A stretch of 64,000 bases of DNA from Dehalococcoidia bacterium (GTDB taxonomy: Bacteria; Chloroflexota; Dehalococcoidia; UBA2979). The notes beneath the pieces are model-generated. The model did not search any database, had not been told where the DNA came from, and saw nothing but the letters and a program-made list of their open reading frames with translations. Each line of letters opens with the position of its first letter. Within the stretch, counting starts at the first letter, position 1. Location of the stretch: the NCBI GenBank assembly GCA_965262725.1, contig OZ253555.1, positions 1,152,001 to 1,216,000 on the forward strand, read 5' to 3'. Below are positions 20,000-29,938 of this stretch, in pieces. The position numbers and the translations under genes are program-made.

Positions 20000-20723
20000 C
20001 TACCGCACGGGGTGCACGTACCAGCCCCTCCAGAACGCTTTCCGGCGTCGGAGCAACGCGATGAGGGAGGGATTGGTCCAGATCAGGATCTTCCACACCG
20101 GCCAGTCGTCGAAGCGGCGGCAGGACGGCCAAACGCGCGGATCCCGCATGAGCCGGCTCGATCGGCCCGTGTCCCGCGCGAGTCGCCTGAGGCTTGAGAA
20201 GAAGTTGACGTCCTCGCCCATCCAGACGCTCTCGTCGTAGCCCCCGATGTGTTCGAAGGCGTGTCTGCGGCAGAACTGTGTGGCGCCCTGCGCCATCCCC
20301 GTGAGGCGGGACAGCAGCCGCCACGCGCGGAGGTAGAGTCCGATCGCGAAGTGGCGGGGCCGGTACTCGATGTCGACGGCGCCCCCGACGGACGCCGGAT
20401 CCTGCATCGCCGCGTGGATCGCGCCGAGGAGCGTGCGCGGCACGGTCACGTCGGCATCGACGAACACGAGCACGTCTCCCGCCGCCCGTCGGGCCCCGGT
20501 GTTGCGCGCGCGCAATGCCCTGGACCGGCTCGCGCACGACCGTCGCGCCCCTGCTCCGGGCGACCGCAGCGGTCTCGTCGGAGCTGTTGTTGCCGACGAC
20601 GATGGTCTCGACCTCGACTCCGGAGGACGCATGTAGATGTGCCGCGGACGCCGCGATCGAATCCAGCGTAGACGCGAGGTACGCTTGCTCGTTGAAGGCG
20701 GGAACGATGACGGAGAGCCTCAC
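20000..20723 (-). pseudogene. GT2-family glycosyltransferase with a frameshift in a (CG)n run
   Basis: LSVIVPAFNE...GIARA is in one frame and RNTGA...FVDAD...MGED in another; the break is at about 20504-20513. Confidence 0.85.
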
Positions 20724-20746
20724 GGACCGCAGACCTTGGCTGAGAT

Positions 20747-20821
20747 TGGTACCCCCGGGAGGACTCGAACCTCCGCACGCGGTTTAGGAAACCGCTGCTC
20801 TATCCCCTGAGCTACGGGGGC
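20747..20821 (-). tRNA. tRNA-Arg(CCT)
   Basis: Reverse complement reads GCCCCCGTAGCTCAG...GCGGT-TTCCTAA-ACCGC...GGTTCGAGTCC...ACCA. Confidence 0.95.
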
Positions 20822-20968
20822 ACTTGCCAGCTTCAAGGTTCGCACGGCGGAGACGTGAGCGGGGTGCCTCGATACGTTCCGGCTCAGGCCACCGCAGGGC
20901 GGCCCACCCGCCCAAGCCCCGGACTCCCGTCCGCGATGGGCGTCTTCACACGCGCCCCGTCCCGGCGC

Positions 20969-22903
20969 TTACGGGGGCGAGCCCAGCGCCTCCAGATCGG
21001 CCGATGCACGTTCCCACTCCACCATGAGCGCGTCGAGTTGGCCCCGGAGCGTGCGCTGGCGGCGGGTGTCGTCGTCGACCTGATCGCGGGGCGTGCTCGC
21101 GTAGTAGTCACGGGAGATGAATCGGGTCTCCAGTTCGCGGATCTTCCGTTCGAGGTCGGCGACCGCGAGCTCGTGTCCCTCCACGGCGCGCGTCAGCCGC
21201 GACACTGCGGACGCGCGCTCGCGCTCTCTCGTGCGCGTGGGCGCCTCTGTCGCTCTCGCGCGGCGCGCCGTGCTCCGGCGTGGCAGGGAGCCCTCTCCTG
21301 CGAGGTAGTCGGCACCTAGGCGCTCGAGATACTCCTCGTAGGTGCCAGCGAAATCCTCCACGATCCCGCCCGGCGCGATCGCCAGCACGCGCGTGCCGAC
21401 ACTCGAGACGAAGTGCCGATCGTGGCTCACGAAGAGGACAGTCCCGTCGTACGCGCGCAGCGCCCGCATCAGGGCGTCCCGCGCTTCGAGGTCGAGGTGG
21501 TTGGTGGGCTCATCGACGATCATCAGGTTCGGGCGGCGCACCATCAATCCGGCGAGCAGCAGCCTGGCCGCCTCCCCGCCGCTGAGGTGCGAGCAGCGCT
21601 TCTCCGCCTCGTCGCCGCCGAGCAGCACCGCGCCCAGTGCACCGCGCACGGTCGCGACGTCCGGCGCCGACTCCGGGTCCGCGCCGGAGAGCCACGCGAG
21701 CACGCTCTGCTCTCCGCCGAGCAGCTCGCGGTGGTTCTGCGCGAAGTACCCGGCACTCACCGCGTGCCCGAACTCAACGCTCCCGGCGTCGGGCGCGAGC
21801 ACGCCCGCCACCGTCTTGAGCAGCGTCGACTTGCCCACGCCGTTCGGTCCCACTACCGCCACGCGTTCGCCGCGTCTCACGGAAAGGCTCACGCCGCGGA
21901 ACACGGGGGCCCCGCCGTATCCGCGAGCAAGCTCGCGGACGCGCAGCACGTCGCGCCCCGGGCGGCGCTTCGAGTGGAAGCGGAAGCTCGGCGCGCGGCG
22001 CGACGACCGCGTCACCTCCGGCAGCACGATGCGCTCGATCTGCTTCTTACGCGCCGAGGCCTGGCGCGCCTTTGTGGCCTTGGCGCGGAAGCGCTCGACG
22101 AAGCGCTGCAACTCCTGCACGCGCGCCTCGGTGCGGGCGATCTCCGCCTCCTTCTGTCGCACGGCCAGTGCCTTCCCGTCCTCGAAGGCGTCGTAGCGGC
22201 CGGGGTAGAGCCGCAGCTCTCCGTAGTCCAAATCGGCGATGGTGTCGGCGATCGCGTTGAGGAAATGCCGATCGTGGGAGACGACGACGAAAGTCCCGCG
22301 GAAGGCGCGGAGATAGCCTTCGAGCCATGCGATCGAGGGTATGTCGAGGTGGTTTGTCGGCTCATCGAGTAGCAGCAGTTCGGGATCGGCGAAGAGCGTC
22401 TGCGCCAGCAACACGCGCAGCCGGAGGCCGCTCGATAGCTCGCGCATCGGCCGAGCGTGACGCCGGTGCTCGATGCCGAGTCCCGCGAGCAGCCCTGCCG
22501 CGTGGGACTCCAATGCGTAGCCGTCGAGGTCGCCGATCGTGACCTCGAGCTCGGCGAGCCGTTCGCCCGTCTCCGCGGTCTCGTTCTGCTCCGCGAGCAG
22601 GCGCTCACGTTCGGCGAGCGCGGACCCGAGCGCCGGCCTCCCCATCAGCACGACGTCCAGTGCCCGGGCATCGTCGTAGTCGAAATGATCCTGGATGAGC
22701 GTGCCGATGCGCAGGGCCCCTGGCCGCGATACCTGGCCCTCCTCCGGCGTCAGCTCGCCCGCGAGCACCCGGAGGAGCGTTGACTTGCCGGAGCCGTTGG
22801 CGCCGACCAGTCCGTAATGGCCGCCCGTGCGCAGCTGCCAGCTCACGCCCGTGTAGAGCAGCTGAGCGCCGAAGCGCACGGTGACGTCGGAGAGGCCGAT
22901 CAT
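20969..22903 (-). CDS. ABC-F family ATPase
   Basis: Two ABC domains (GANGSGKS/LDEPTNHLD and GPNGVGKS/DEPTNHLD), no TM segments, C-terminal coiled coil. Confidence 0.93.
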   Translation of the reverse strand: MIGLSDVTVRFGAQLLYTGVSWQLRTGGHYGLVGANGSGKSTLLRVLAGELTPEEGQVSRPGALRIGTLIQDHFDYDDARALDVVLMGRPALGSALAERERLLAEQNETAETGERLAELEVTIGDLDGYALESHAAGLLAGLGIEHRRHARPMRELSSGLRLRVLLAQTLFADPELLLLDEPTNHLDIPSIAWLEGYLRAFRGTFVVVSHDRHFLNAIADTIADLDYGELRLYPGRYDAFEDGKALAVRQKEAEIARTEARVQELQRFVERFRAKATKARQASARKKQIERIVLPEVTRSSRRAPSFRFHSKRRPGRDVLRVRELARGYGGAPVFRGVSLSVRRGERVAVVGPNGVGKSTLLKTVAGVLAPDAGSVEFGHAVSAGYFAQNHRELLGGEQSVLAWLSGADPESAPDVATVRGALGAVLLGGDEAEKRCSHLSGGEAARLLLAGLMVRRPNLMIVDEPTNHLDLEARDALMRALRAYDGTVLFVSHDRHFVSSVGTRVLAIAPGGIVEDFAGTYEEYLERLGADYLAGEGSLPRRSTARRARATEAPTRTRERERASAVSRLTRAVEGHELAVADLERKIRELETRFISRDYYASTPRDQVDDDTRRQRTLRGQLDALMVEWERASADLEALGSPP

Positions 22904-23206
22904 GGGTGAAGCGCTCTCGGCTGCCCGCGGGAATCTCCGCCGGGGGTGCCGCTCACCTTAGCCCGGCCGGAGCCCGTGATCGATCTAGGACCGATGGTGG
23001 GAATGCTCTCTGCCCGCGGTCGAGGCGCGGGTGCCAAGGGGCATCTCCCGCGCCTCGCGCCGGTGATCGGCGGGACGGCATCACGAACTCGGAGCGCCAG
23101 CTACCGCTGCGAGGAGCATTGCGCCCCCTGCGGGAATGGCTTAGCCGCCCTCAGCCCTCACGAGAGGCGAGGACTGTCTTCCCCGTGAGAGTCCCGTGCG
23201 CGGGCT

Positions 23207-23407
23207 CTACCAGAGCCGGCCCTCGGCGAGCCACACCTTCACGGTAGCCGCCTTCTCCTGCGCCTGCTCCAGCCTCGGGTACTTCCAGACTGTGCGCGGC
23301 TCGCCGTCCCAGCCGAGGATGCACGCTTCGTGCCAGGCGCCACGCGTCCGCACGACGACCTCCTCGACGCGTCCGTCGATCTTCTCGCGACTGACTTCGA
23401 CCACCAT
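23207..23407 (-). CDS. small hypothetical protein (66 aa)
   Basis: GAGAGGG RBS and protein-like composition; lies downstream of an ACAD gene. Confidence 0.55.
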   Translation of the reverse strand: MVVEVSREKIDGRVEEVVVRTRGAWHEACILGWDGEPRTVWKYPRLEQAQEKAATVKVWLAEGRLW

Positions 23408-23456
23408 CGATAGGGTGCCCTCTCTCGCTCGCTCGTCTCGCTCGTGTGCGCGCGGC

Positions 23457-24638
23457 CTAGCGCGGCAGGCCGAGCACGCGCAGCGCGACCGTGTTGAGAA
23501 TGTTCTCCGGCGTCCCGCCGTTGTGCGCTCCGGCGATCGCTCCCATGTAGCGGCGCTCCCAGCGCGCCAGCATCGGCGCGTGCTCGGGCGAGTACTTCCC
23601 GACCTGCCCCGCCATCCCCATCACCTCGTTCGCGAACTTGACGTGCTTTTGGCCGTAGACCTTGGTCCACACGCCGCGCACCGATGTCTCCTTGTCCGGA
23701 GCCGGGCCGCCGCTCTCGAGCATCGACGCGACGCGGTAGGCCAGGAGCCGCGAGATGCGCACGTAGGTGGCGAAGTCGGCGATTCCGTCGGCGATCCAGG
23801 AGTCCTCGATGAGCGGCGTGCCGTTCTCGGTTGTCTCCATGGCGTAGCGGACGAGGTCGTCGAGGTCGCCCTGGCTCTCAGTCCATGCGCCGAGACCAGA
23901 GGAGCGCATCGTGTTGAGCGTCATCGCGAGGTGGTAGAAGCCGCGATTCTCCTCGCCGATCAGCGCGTCGCCCGGGACGCGAACGTCCTCGAAGAAGACT
24001 TGGTTGACGCGGTAGCCGTCCATCGTCCACAGCGGGACGAGGATGATTCCAGGGGTTCTCGGGTCCACCACGATGATGGAGACACCGCGGTGCTTCGGGG
24101 CCTCGACGTCAGTGCGCGTGATCAGGAAGTAGTGGTCGGCGTCCTGTACGTGCTCGGTGAACATCTTGGAGCCGTTGAGCACCCAGTCGTCGCCGTCGCG
24201 GACGGCACGCAACTCGACGGAGGCGAGGTCCGTACCGGCGTTCGGCTCCGTGAGACCGATGCCCCACGTGCTCTCGCCACGGGTGATCGGCGGGAGCAGC
24301 TTCTGCTTCTGCTCGTCAGTGGCGAAGTGGACGACCGCGGGGCCGGCGAAGTTCGCCGAGACCTGATGCGCGGCGATCGGACAGTGGTGCGCGGCCATCT
24401 CCTCGTCGAAGACGACGCGCTCCCAGACCGAGGCGTCTTTGCCGCCGACCTCCTTGGGCCAGGTGAGCGTCAGCCAGCCGCGCTCGCCGAGCTTCTTGGT
24501 GATCGCCTTGTTGAAGCCGTGCGGATAGTCCGTGCAGTGTTCGTACTCGTCCCGGATCTCCGGAGTGAGCTCGCGCTCCATGAACTCCCGGACTTCCTTG
24601 CGGAATTCCTCGACCTCTGGCGGGAAGGTGAAGTCCAT
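23457..24638 (-). CDS. acyl-CoA dehydrogenase
   Basis: GLTEPNAGTDLAS, WVLNGSKMF, NQVFFEDVRVP and GGTPENI. Confidence 0.93.
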   Translation of the reverse strand: MDFTFPPEVEEFRKEVREFMERELTPEIRDEYEHCTDYPHGFNKAITKKLGERGWLTLTWPKEVGGKDASVWERVVFDEEMAAHHCPIAAHQVSANFAGPAVVHFATDEQKQKLLPPITRGESTWGIGLTEPNAGTDLASVELRAVRDGDDWVLNGSKMFTEHVQDADHYFLITRTDVEAPKHRGVSIIVVDPRTPGIILVPLWTMDGYRVNQVFFEDVRVPGDALIGEENRGFYHLAMTLNTMRSSGLGAWTESQGDLDDLVRYAMETTENGTPLIEDSWIADGIADFATYVRISRLLAYRVASMLESGGPAPDKETSVRGVWTKVYGQKHVKFANEVMGMAGQVGKYSPEHAPMLARWERRYMGAIAGAHNGGTPENILNTVALRVLGLPR

Positions 24639-24702
24639 CGTGCCGTCCTTTCGTGGTCTCCTCGGCGGCCGCCGTGCGGGCGGATGCGTTCGCTAGGTCC
24701 CG

Positions 24703-25854
24703 CTAGTGGCTGGCCGGCACCGAGCGTTCGGCGAGCAGCCGCGTGACGCGCTTGCGGTGCCAGCGCGGATCGCCCATGAGCACCTCGGCTCCTTTTGCCC
24801 GGCGGAAGTGGAGCTGGATTTCCGCCTCCCTCATGAAGCCGGCTCCACCGAAGATGTGCGTCCCTTCGATCGAGCACGTGGAGTATGCCCCGCTGGCGGC
24901 GGCCTTTGCCATCGGCACCTCGAGGCTCGCATCCAGCCCCGCTGCGAGGCGCCACGCCGCTTCGTACACGAGCAGCTGCGCGCCGGTCACCTCGGTCACC
25001 ATGCGAGCCATCTTGTGCTGCAACGCCTGGAAGGATCCGATCGGGCGCCCGAATTGGACGCGCTCCTTCGAGTAGTCGACGGCGAGCTCCAGCGAGCGCT
25101 CGGCACCGCCGATCGACTCGGCGGCGACGACGACCGCCGCGCGATCCAGCACCTCCTGGATCGTCGGCCACCCCCCGCCGACCGCTCCGAGCACTTGGTC
25201 GGCGTTCACCGAGACGTCGTTGAGCACGACCTCGAACTGGTGGTCCTGGAAGATCGTGTCGAGGATGGTCAGCGTGACGCCGGCGGCGCCGGTGTCGACG
25301 AGGAAGAGCGTGACCCCCTCGGGTCCGGTACCCGCCTCTGTGCGAGCCGCCACGATCAGCGTGTTGGCCGAGTCGGCATACGGGACGTAGAGCTTGGTGC
25401 CGTTCAGCTTCCATCCGGTGCCATCCGGCGTGGCCGCGGTCTGCACACCCCACGGCTCGTAGGTGCCGGAGGACTCGTTGAGCGCGAGCGTGACGATCGA
25501 CGTGCCACTCGCGATGCTCGGCAGCAGGCGTTGCTTTTGATCGTCGCTACCCGCCGCCATCACGGTGAGCGCGCCGACCACGCTGCTCGCGAAGAGCGGG
25601 CTCGGGAGCAGCACGCGCCCGATCTCTTCGGCGAGCACGGCCATGTCGGTCATGTCGCCGCCGAAGCCGCCGTACTCTTCGGGGATGAGCATCCCCGCCC
25701 ACCCGAAGTCGGAGACCTGCGCCCAGATGGCCGGGTCGAACCCCGCCGCGTCCTCCTCCATCGCCCGCACGTGCTCAGTTGGGCAGGCATCCTCCAGGAA
25801 CTGACGTGCGTTGGTCTTGATGATTTGCTGGGCTTCGTTGGGTCCGAGATCCAT
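24703..25854 (-). CDS. acyl-CoA dehydrogenase (probable heteromeric partner subunit)
   Basis: LNGTKLYV, RVQFGRPIGSFQALQH and HIFGGAGF; adjacent to a second ACAD. Confidence 0.92.
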   Translation of the reverse strand: MDLGPNEAQQIIKTNARQFLEDACPTEHVRAMEEDAAGFDPAIWAQVSDFGWAGMLIPEEYGGFGGDMTDMAVLAEEIGRVLLPSPLFASSVVGALTVMAAGSDDQKQRLLPSIASGTSIVTLALNESSGTYEPWGVQTAATPDGTGWKLNGTKLYVPYADSANTLIVAARTEAGTGPEGVTLFLVDTGAAGVTLTILDTIFQDHQFEVVLNDVSVNADQVLGAVGGGWPTIQEVLDRAAVVVAAESIGGAERSLELAVDYSKERVQFGRPIGSFQALQHKMARMVTEVTGAQLLVYEAAWRLAAGLDASLEVPMAKAAASGAYSTCSIEGTHIFGGAGFMREAEIQLHFRRAKGAEVLMGDPRWHRKRVTRLLAERSVPASH

Positions 25855-26046
25855 ACGCTGCTCTCCTTCGGCCTCGCAGGCGATCTGACGGGCCGGCATC
25901 ACGCGGCGGCGCGATGTTTGCCCTCGGCTGGGGGAGGGACGCTCGACTGAAGGAACGCAGCCCCGCCCTGCCCCCTAGCGGCGCATCATGTTCCGTGTCG
26001 GCTCGTGAAGGCAACCGGGAACGGACATGCCGACCGGAGAGCGGGG

Positions 26047-27060
26047 TCATTGTGTGCGCCGCCGCGACGCGGCGGCGCTGCGGACAGCGCGCCGGAGCGC
26101 CGGTTGTGCCAGCTCCAGTGCCGGAAGCCGGGCATCGACGGACTGGCGGACGGTGGGCGGCACGCCTGCGCTCGCTGCGCGCCCGTCGGCGAGAGCGAGC
26201 GCGAGGGGGATCACGGTGTTCCAGATCTCGCTTGCGATCATGAGCGACGCCAGCAGATTGATCTCGGCCGTGTCGAGCGGGGGCTCGGCGTGCGCGGCGT
26301 ATCCCCCCAGCCAGCGCTGGATTCTCTCGCCATCGGTGCCGCACTCGATGACGAGGCTGCGCGCGATGTCGGCGGCGCGGGCGTCGCGGTGCGCGAAGTC
26401 GAAATCGAGGATTCCTGTCACCTCGTCGTTCTTGAAGAGGACGTTGGCGCCCAGGCACTCGTAGTGCACCACGGCGTCGGGGAGCGCGTTGTACCCGAGG
26501 AAGTCGAGGGCCGCGACGTTTCGCTCGCGGATGCCTTTGAGCGAATCGGCGCGCGCCGCATCGTCCCGGGCGAAGCGGTCGATGAGCTCGTCGACCGTCG
26601 TCCGACCGCGCGTCGTCAGGTAGAGGTCGAGGTCGGTGACGCGGCCGAACGTGGGGCGTTGCTCGGCCGCGCCCGGCCACGCGGCGAGATCGGCGTGCAG
26701 GAGCGCGAGCAGTGCCCCCATACGCTGCAGCGCCCGGGGCGAGTCGGCAAGGGGCGAGCCGGGAAGGAACGGGAACAGCGACCAGCGCCCGTCGTCTGTC
26801 TCCGCGAGGGTCTCGCCGGGGGGCGTCGCGAGTGGGGCGGCGACGGGCCAGCCGTTGCCATCGAGGTAGCGCAGCAGGGCATGCTCGTACGGTGTCGCCT
26901 CGGCCGCATGCGCCGGGTGGTAGCGGCGTAGCACGAGCGAACCCGCGGACGCCTCGACCCGCCAGTGCTCGTTGACGGCGCCGCCGGAGAGGGGCGCGAT
27001 CGCGCGCGGCTCGATGCCCCAGGCGTCGAGTGCCGCGAGCGTTGCCTGCTCCATATGCAT
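26047..27060 (-). CDS. APH/homoserine-kinase-II-like phosphotransferase
   Basis: GGAVN, VLRRY, VHYECLGANVL and ILDFD. Confidence 0.8.
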   Translation of the reverse strand: MHMEQATLAALDAWGIEPRAIAPLSGGAVNEHWRVEASAGSLVLRRYHPAHAAEATPYEHALLRYLDGNGWPVAAPLATPPGETLAETDDGRWSLFPFLPGSPLADSPRALQRMGALLALLHADLAAWPGAAEQRPTFGRVTDLDLYLTTRGRTTVDELIDRFARDDAARADSLKGIRERNVAALDFLGYNALPDAVVHYECLGANVLFKNDEVTGILDFDFAHRDARAADIARSLVIECGTDGERIQRWLGGYAAHAEPPLDTAEINLLASLMIASEIWNTVIPLALALADGRAASAGVPPTVRQSVDARLPALELAQPALRRAVRSAAASRRRTQ

Positions 27061-27170
27061 CTCCAGGCGCCTCGGCCGGGGGGACGGCCCATGGTAGACG
27101 GGTCCCCGGCCGGGGCGCCGACCGCCGCGCGTGGCCGTGCGCTAAGCTAAGCGCTCTGTGCGGGTGCGTG

Positions 27171-28436
27171 ATGGTGACGGACGGAGCGGGCCAATTGGAC
27201 TGGGCTGACACGGCGGACCAGGCGTCTTTCCGAGACGCGGTGCGGCGCTTCGTGCGGGAGCGGGCACCCGCCCGCTACCGCGACCAGGCGGACGAGGAGT
27301 GGGCGCCCTCGCCGCGATATGAGAGCTGGCAGTTCGATCTGGTGTGTGGCGACGCCGAGGCCAGCGGGGCCGCGCGCGAGTGGGCGGAGGCGCTCGCCGA
27401 GCGCGGCTGGGGCGCGCCGCACTGGCCGCCCGAGTACGGCGGCGCGGGGCTCACGCCTGTCGAACAGTTCATCCTCAACCAGGAGCTCGCGCTCGCCGGG
27501 CTCCCCGTGGTCGGGGGCCCCGGCGTACAGATGCTCGGTCCGACGATCATGGTGCACGGCACGGAGGAGCAGAAGCGGCGTTTCCTCCCGCCGACGCTCG
27601 CCGGCGAGATGGCTTGGGCGCAGGGCTACTCGGAGCCCGGAGCGGGATCGGACCTCGCATCGCTCTCGACGCGCGCCGTCCGCGACGCCGACGACTACGT
27701 GATCACGGGACAGAAGATCTGGACCTCCATGGGGCACATGGCGAACTGGCTCTTCATGCTCGTTCGCACCGACACCGAGGCGCCGAAGCACCGCGGGATC
27801 TCCTTCGTGCTGCTGCCGCTCGATTCGCCCGGCGTCGATATCCGGCCCCTGATCTCTGCGGGCTGGGAGCACCGCACCAACGAGTCGTTCTACGACGCGG
27901 TGCGCGTCCCCGTGTCACACCGGATCGGCGAGGAGAACCGTGGCTGGTACGTGGCGATGACGCTCCTCGACCACGAGCGCTCCAACGTCGGGGGAGCGGT
28001 GGCGCAGCGCAAGAACGTGGAGCAACTCGTCCGCTACGTCGGGAGCGACGAGGGGCGCCTCCGATCGCGCGTGGCGGAATTCGACTCGGTGCGTCAGAAG
28101 ATCGTGCAGCACTACGTGGAGACCGAGGTGATGGCGCAGTTCTCCTTCCGCATCATCTCGCTCCAGATCGCCGGGCAGATCCCCAACTACGAGGCGTCGA
28201 TGGCATCGGCGTTCGGCTCGACTTTCTCACAGGAGTTCCAGCAGACGGGCATCAAGGCCTTCGGTCTCTACGGGACGATCTGGTCGAATCCTGACGGGGC
28301 ACCGGCGTACGCTCCGCTGGATGGCCGCTTCACGCAGAACTCGGTCGACATGATCTCGGCTTCGATCGCCGGCGGCACGCGAGAGATCCAGCGCAACATC
28401 GTGGCCACGAGGGGGCTCGGCCTCCCGCGCGGCTAG
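27171..28436 (+). CDS. acyl-CoA dehydrogenase
   Basis: WAQGYSEPGAGSDLASL, GQKIWTS and GGTREIQRNI. Confidence 0.93.
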   Translation: MVTDGAGQLDWADTADQASFRDAVRRFVRERAPARYRDQADEEWAPSPRYESWQFDLVCGDAEASGAAREWAEALAERGWGAPHWPPEYGGAGLTPVEQFILNQELALAGLPVVGGPGVQMLGPTIMVHGTEEQKRRFLPPTLAGEMAWAQGYSEPGAGSDLASLSTRAVRDADDYVITGQKIWTSMGHMANWLFMLVRTDTEAPKHRGISFVLLPLDSPGVDIRPLISAGWEHRTNESFYDAVRVPVSHRIGEENRGWYVAMTLLDHERSNVGGAVAQRKNVEQLVRYVGSDEGRLRSRVAEFDSVRQKIVQHYVETEVMAQFSFRIISLQIAGQIPNYEASMASAFGSTFSQEFQQTGIKAFGLYGTIWSNPDGAPAYAPLDGRFTQNSVDMISASIAGGTREIQRNIVATRGLGLPRG

Positions 28437-28479
28437 ATCCCGCTCCGAGTGCCGGCCACACCGGCCGCGGGCCATCCGG

Positions 28480-28555
28480 TGGTGGAGACGGGGGGATTCG
28501 AACCCCCGGCCTCCGCATTGCGAACGCGGCGCTCTACCAGCTGAGCTACGTCCCC
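28480..28555 (-). tRNA. tRNA-Ala(CGC)
   Basis: Reverse complement reads GGGGACGTAGCTCAG...CCGCG-TTCGCAA-TGCGG...GGTTCGAATCC...CCA, with the G3:U70 Ala identity pair. Confidence 0.95.
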
Positions 28556-28707
28556 ACCGGGGTGCCGTGCGATGCGGATGCCGAGTATAGGGATCGCCGT
28601 CCGCGAGCGGCAATCAGGGCCCCGTCGGCGGGGAGGCCCCCGCCGGCCTTGACCCTGAGCGCGTGCACGTCGGGTTCTCGGCGATCGGGTGGCTCGGCCC
28701 CGCCACG

Positions 28708-29286
28708 CTAGCCATCGAGCAGGCCGGGGAGCGGCTCGATCAGGAGGCGGCGGCCGGCGAGGTCGACGTCGCGGACGATTTCGGCGGTGGCGGGGATGAG
28801 TGCCTCGCGGCCCTCCTCGTCGCGGACGACGTAGACGTCGTTCGCTCCCGTGCCCAGCACGTCAACCAGCTCGCCGACGTGCACGCCCGCGACCGTCATC
28901 ACTGAGAGCCCGATCATGTCGTGGACGTAGTGCCGGCCCTCGGGCGGCGGGGGCAGTTCGTCCCCCTCGATCTCGATCGCCGCGCCGCGCAGCGCCTCGG
29001 CGCCCTCGCGCCCATCGACGCCGGAGAAACGCACCACCGGGTGGCCACGCCGCGTGATCAGCGCCTCCACGCGGCGGGTCACGCCGGCCACCAGGAGCTC
29101 CGCGCCGACCCGGAAGCGCTCGGGATTCGAGCTGAGCGTGATGATGTTCACGTGCCCGGCGAGGCCCCAAGGCGCGCCAACGCGCCCCACCGTGACGCGC
29201 TCGGCGCGAGTCTGGCCCGGTATCGTGGCCGTCTCCGGTTCTCGGTGCTCTGAGTTCGTGCCGCGTTCGGGGGACGGCGTAGGCAC
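28708..29286 (-). CDS. rimM: ribosome maturation factor RimM
   Basis: VGRVGAPWGLAG, DMIGLSV and TGANDVYVV; lies in the rpsP operon. Confidence 0.92.
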   Translation of the reverse strand: MPTPSPERGTNSEHREPETATIPGQTRAERVTVGRVGAPWGLAGHVNIITLSSNPERFRVGAELLVAGVTRRVEALITRRGHPVVRFSGVDGREGAEALRGAAIEIEGDELPPPPEGRHYVHDMIGLSVMTVAGVHVGELVDVLGTGANDVYVVRDEEGREALIPATAEIVRDVDLAGRRLLIEPLPGLLDG

Positions 29287-29301
29287 GGCCCCTCCGCTGG
29301 G

Positions 29302-29529
29302 TCAGTCGATCGAGAGAGTGGCGTCGACGCCAGCGCGCATCGACGCGACGTGCAGCAGTGAGCGCATCGCATTGGCGACGCGGCCGTCTCGACCGATGAT
29401 CCGGCCCTTGTCCTCGTCCGAGACGTGGAGGTAGATGACGACCCGGTCGCCCTCGACGACTTCCTCGACCTGGACCTCGTCGGGTTCCTCCGCGATCGTG
29501 CGGGCGAGGTACGCGATCAGATCGCCCAC
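29302..29529 (-). CDS. khpA: KH-domain RNA-binding protein
   Basis: DKGRIIGRDGR (GxxG); between rpsP and rimM. Confidence 0.9.
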   Translation of the reverse strand: MGDLIAYLARTIAEEPDEVQVEEVVEGDRVVIYLHVSDEDKGRIIGRDGRVANAMRSLLHVASMRAGVDATLSID

Positions 29530-29532
29530 CGT

Positions 29533-29850
29533 CTAGGCCTCCGCCTCGGCGGCGCTCGCGTCAGTCCCCGCGTCGGCTCCGGCGGCAGTCGCCCGTCTCC
29601 GCGGCGGCTTCTCGATCAGTCCGCGAGCATGCAGCAGGCGGTGCACCGTCTCCGAGGGTGTCGCCCCGACGGAGAGCCAATGCCGGATCCGCTCCTCCTT
29701 CAGCTCCAGCGTCTTCGGCGAGGCCGCGGGGTTGTAGTGCCCGACGATCTCGACGAAGTCGCCGTCTCGCGGGTCACGACCGTCAGCGACCACGACCCTG
29801 TACGACGGCGCCTTGCGCCGCCCGGTCCGACGGAGCCGAATTCGGAGCAC
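29533..29850 (-). CDS. rpsP: 30S ribosomal protein S16
   Basis: LRIRLRRTG...YRVVVAD..RDG..GHYNP..GATPSETV; GGAGG RBS. Confidence 0.95.
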   Translation of the reverse strand: MLRIRLRRTGRRKAPSYRVVVADGRDPRDGDFVEIVGHYNPAASPKTLELKEERIRHWLSVGATPSETVHRLLHARGLIEKPPRRRATAAGADAGTDASAAEAEA

Positions 29851-29938
29851 GTGACCCTCCCATCGCGCCGCGCGTCGATCAGGCAGCGCCTGCCCGGGAA
29901 CGAGGTTCCCGAGACACCCGGCGCGCCGACCGGAGCAA

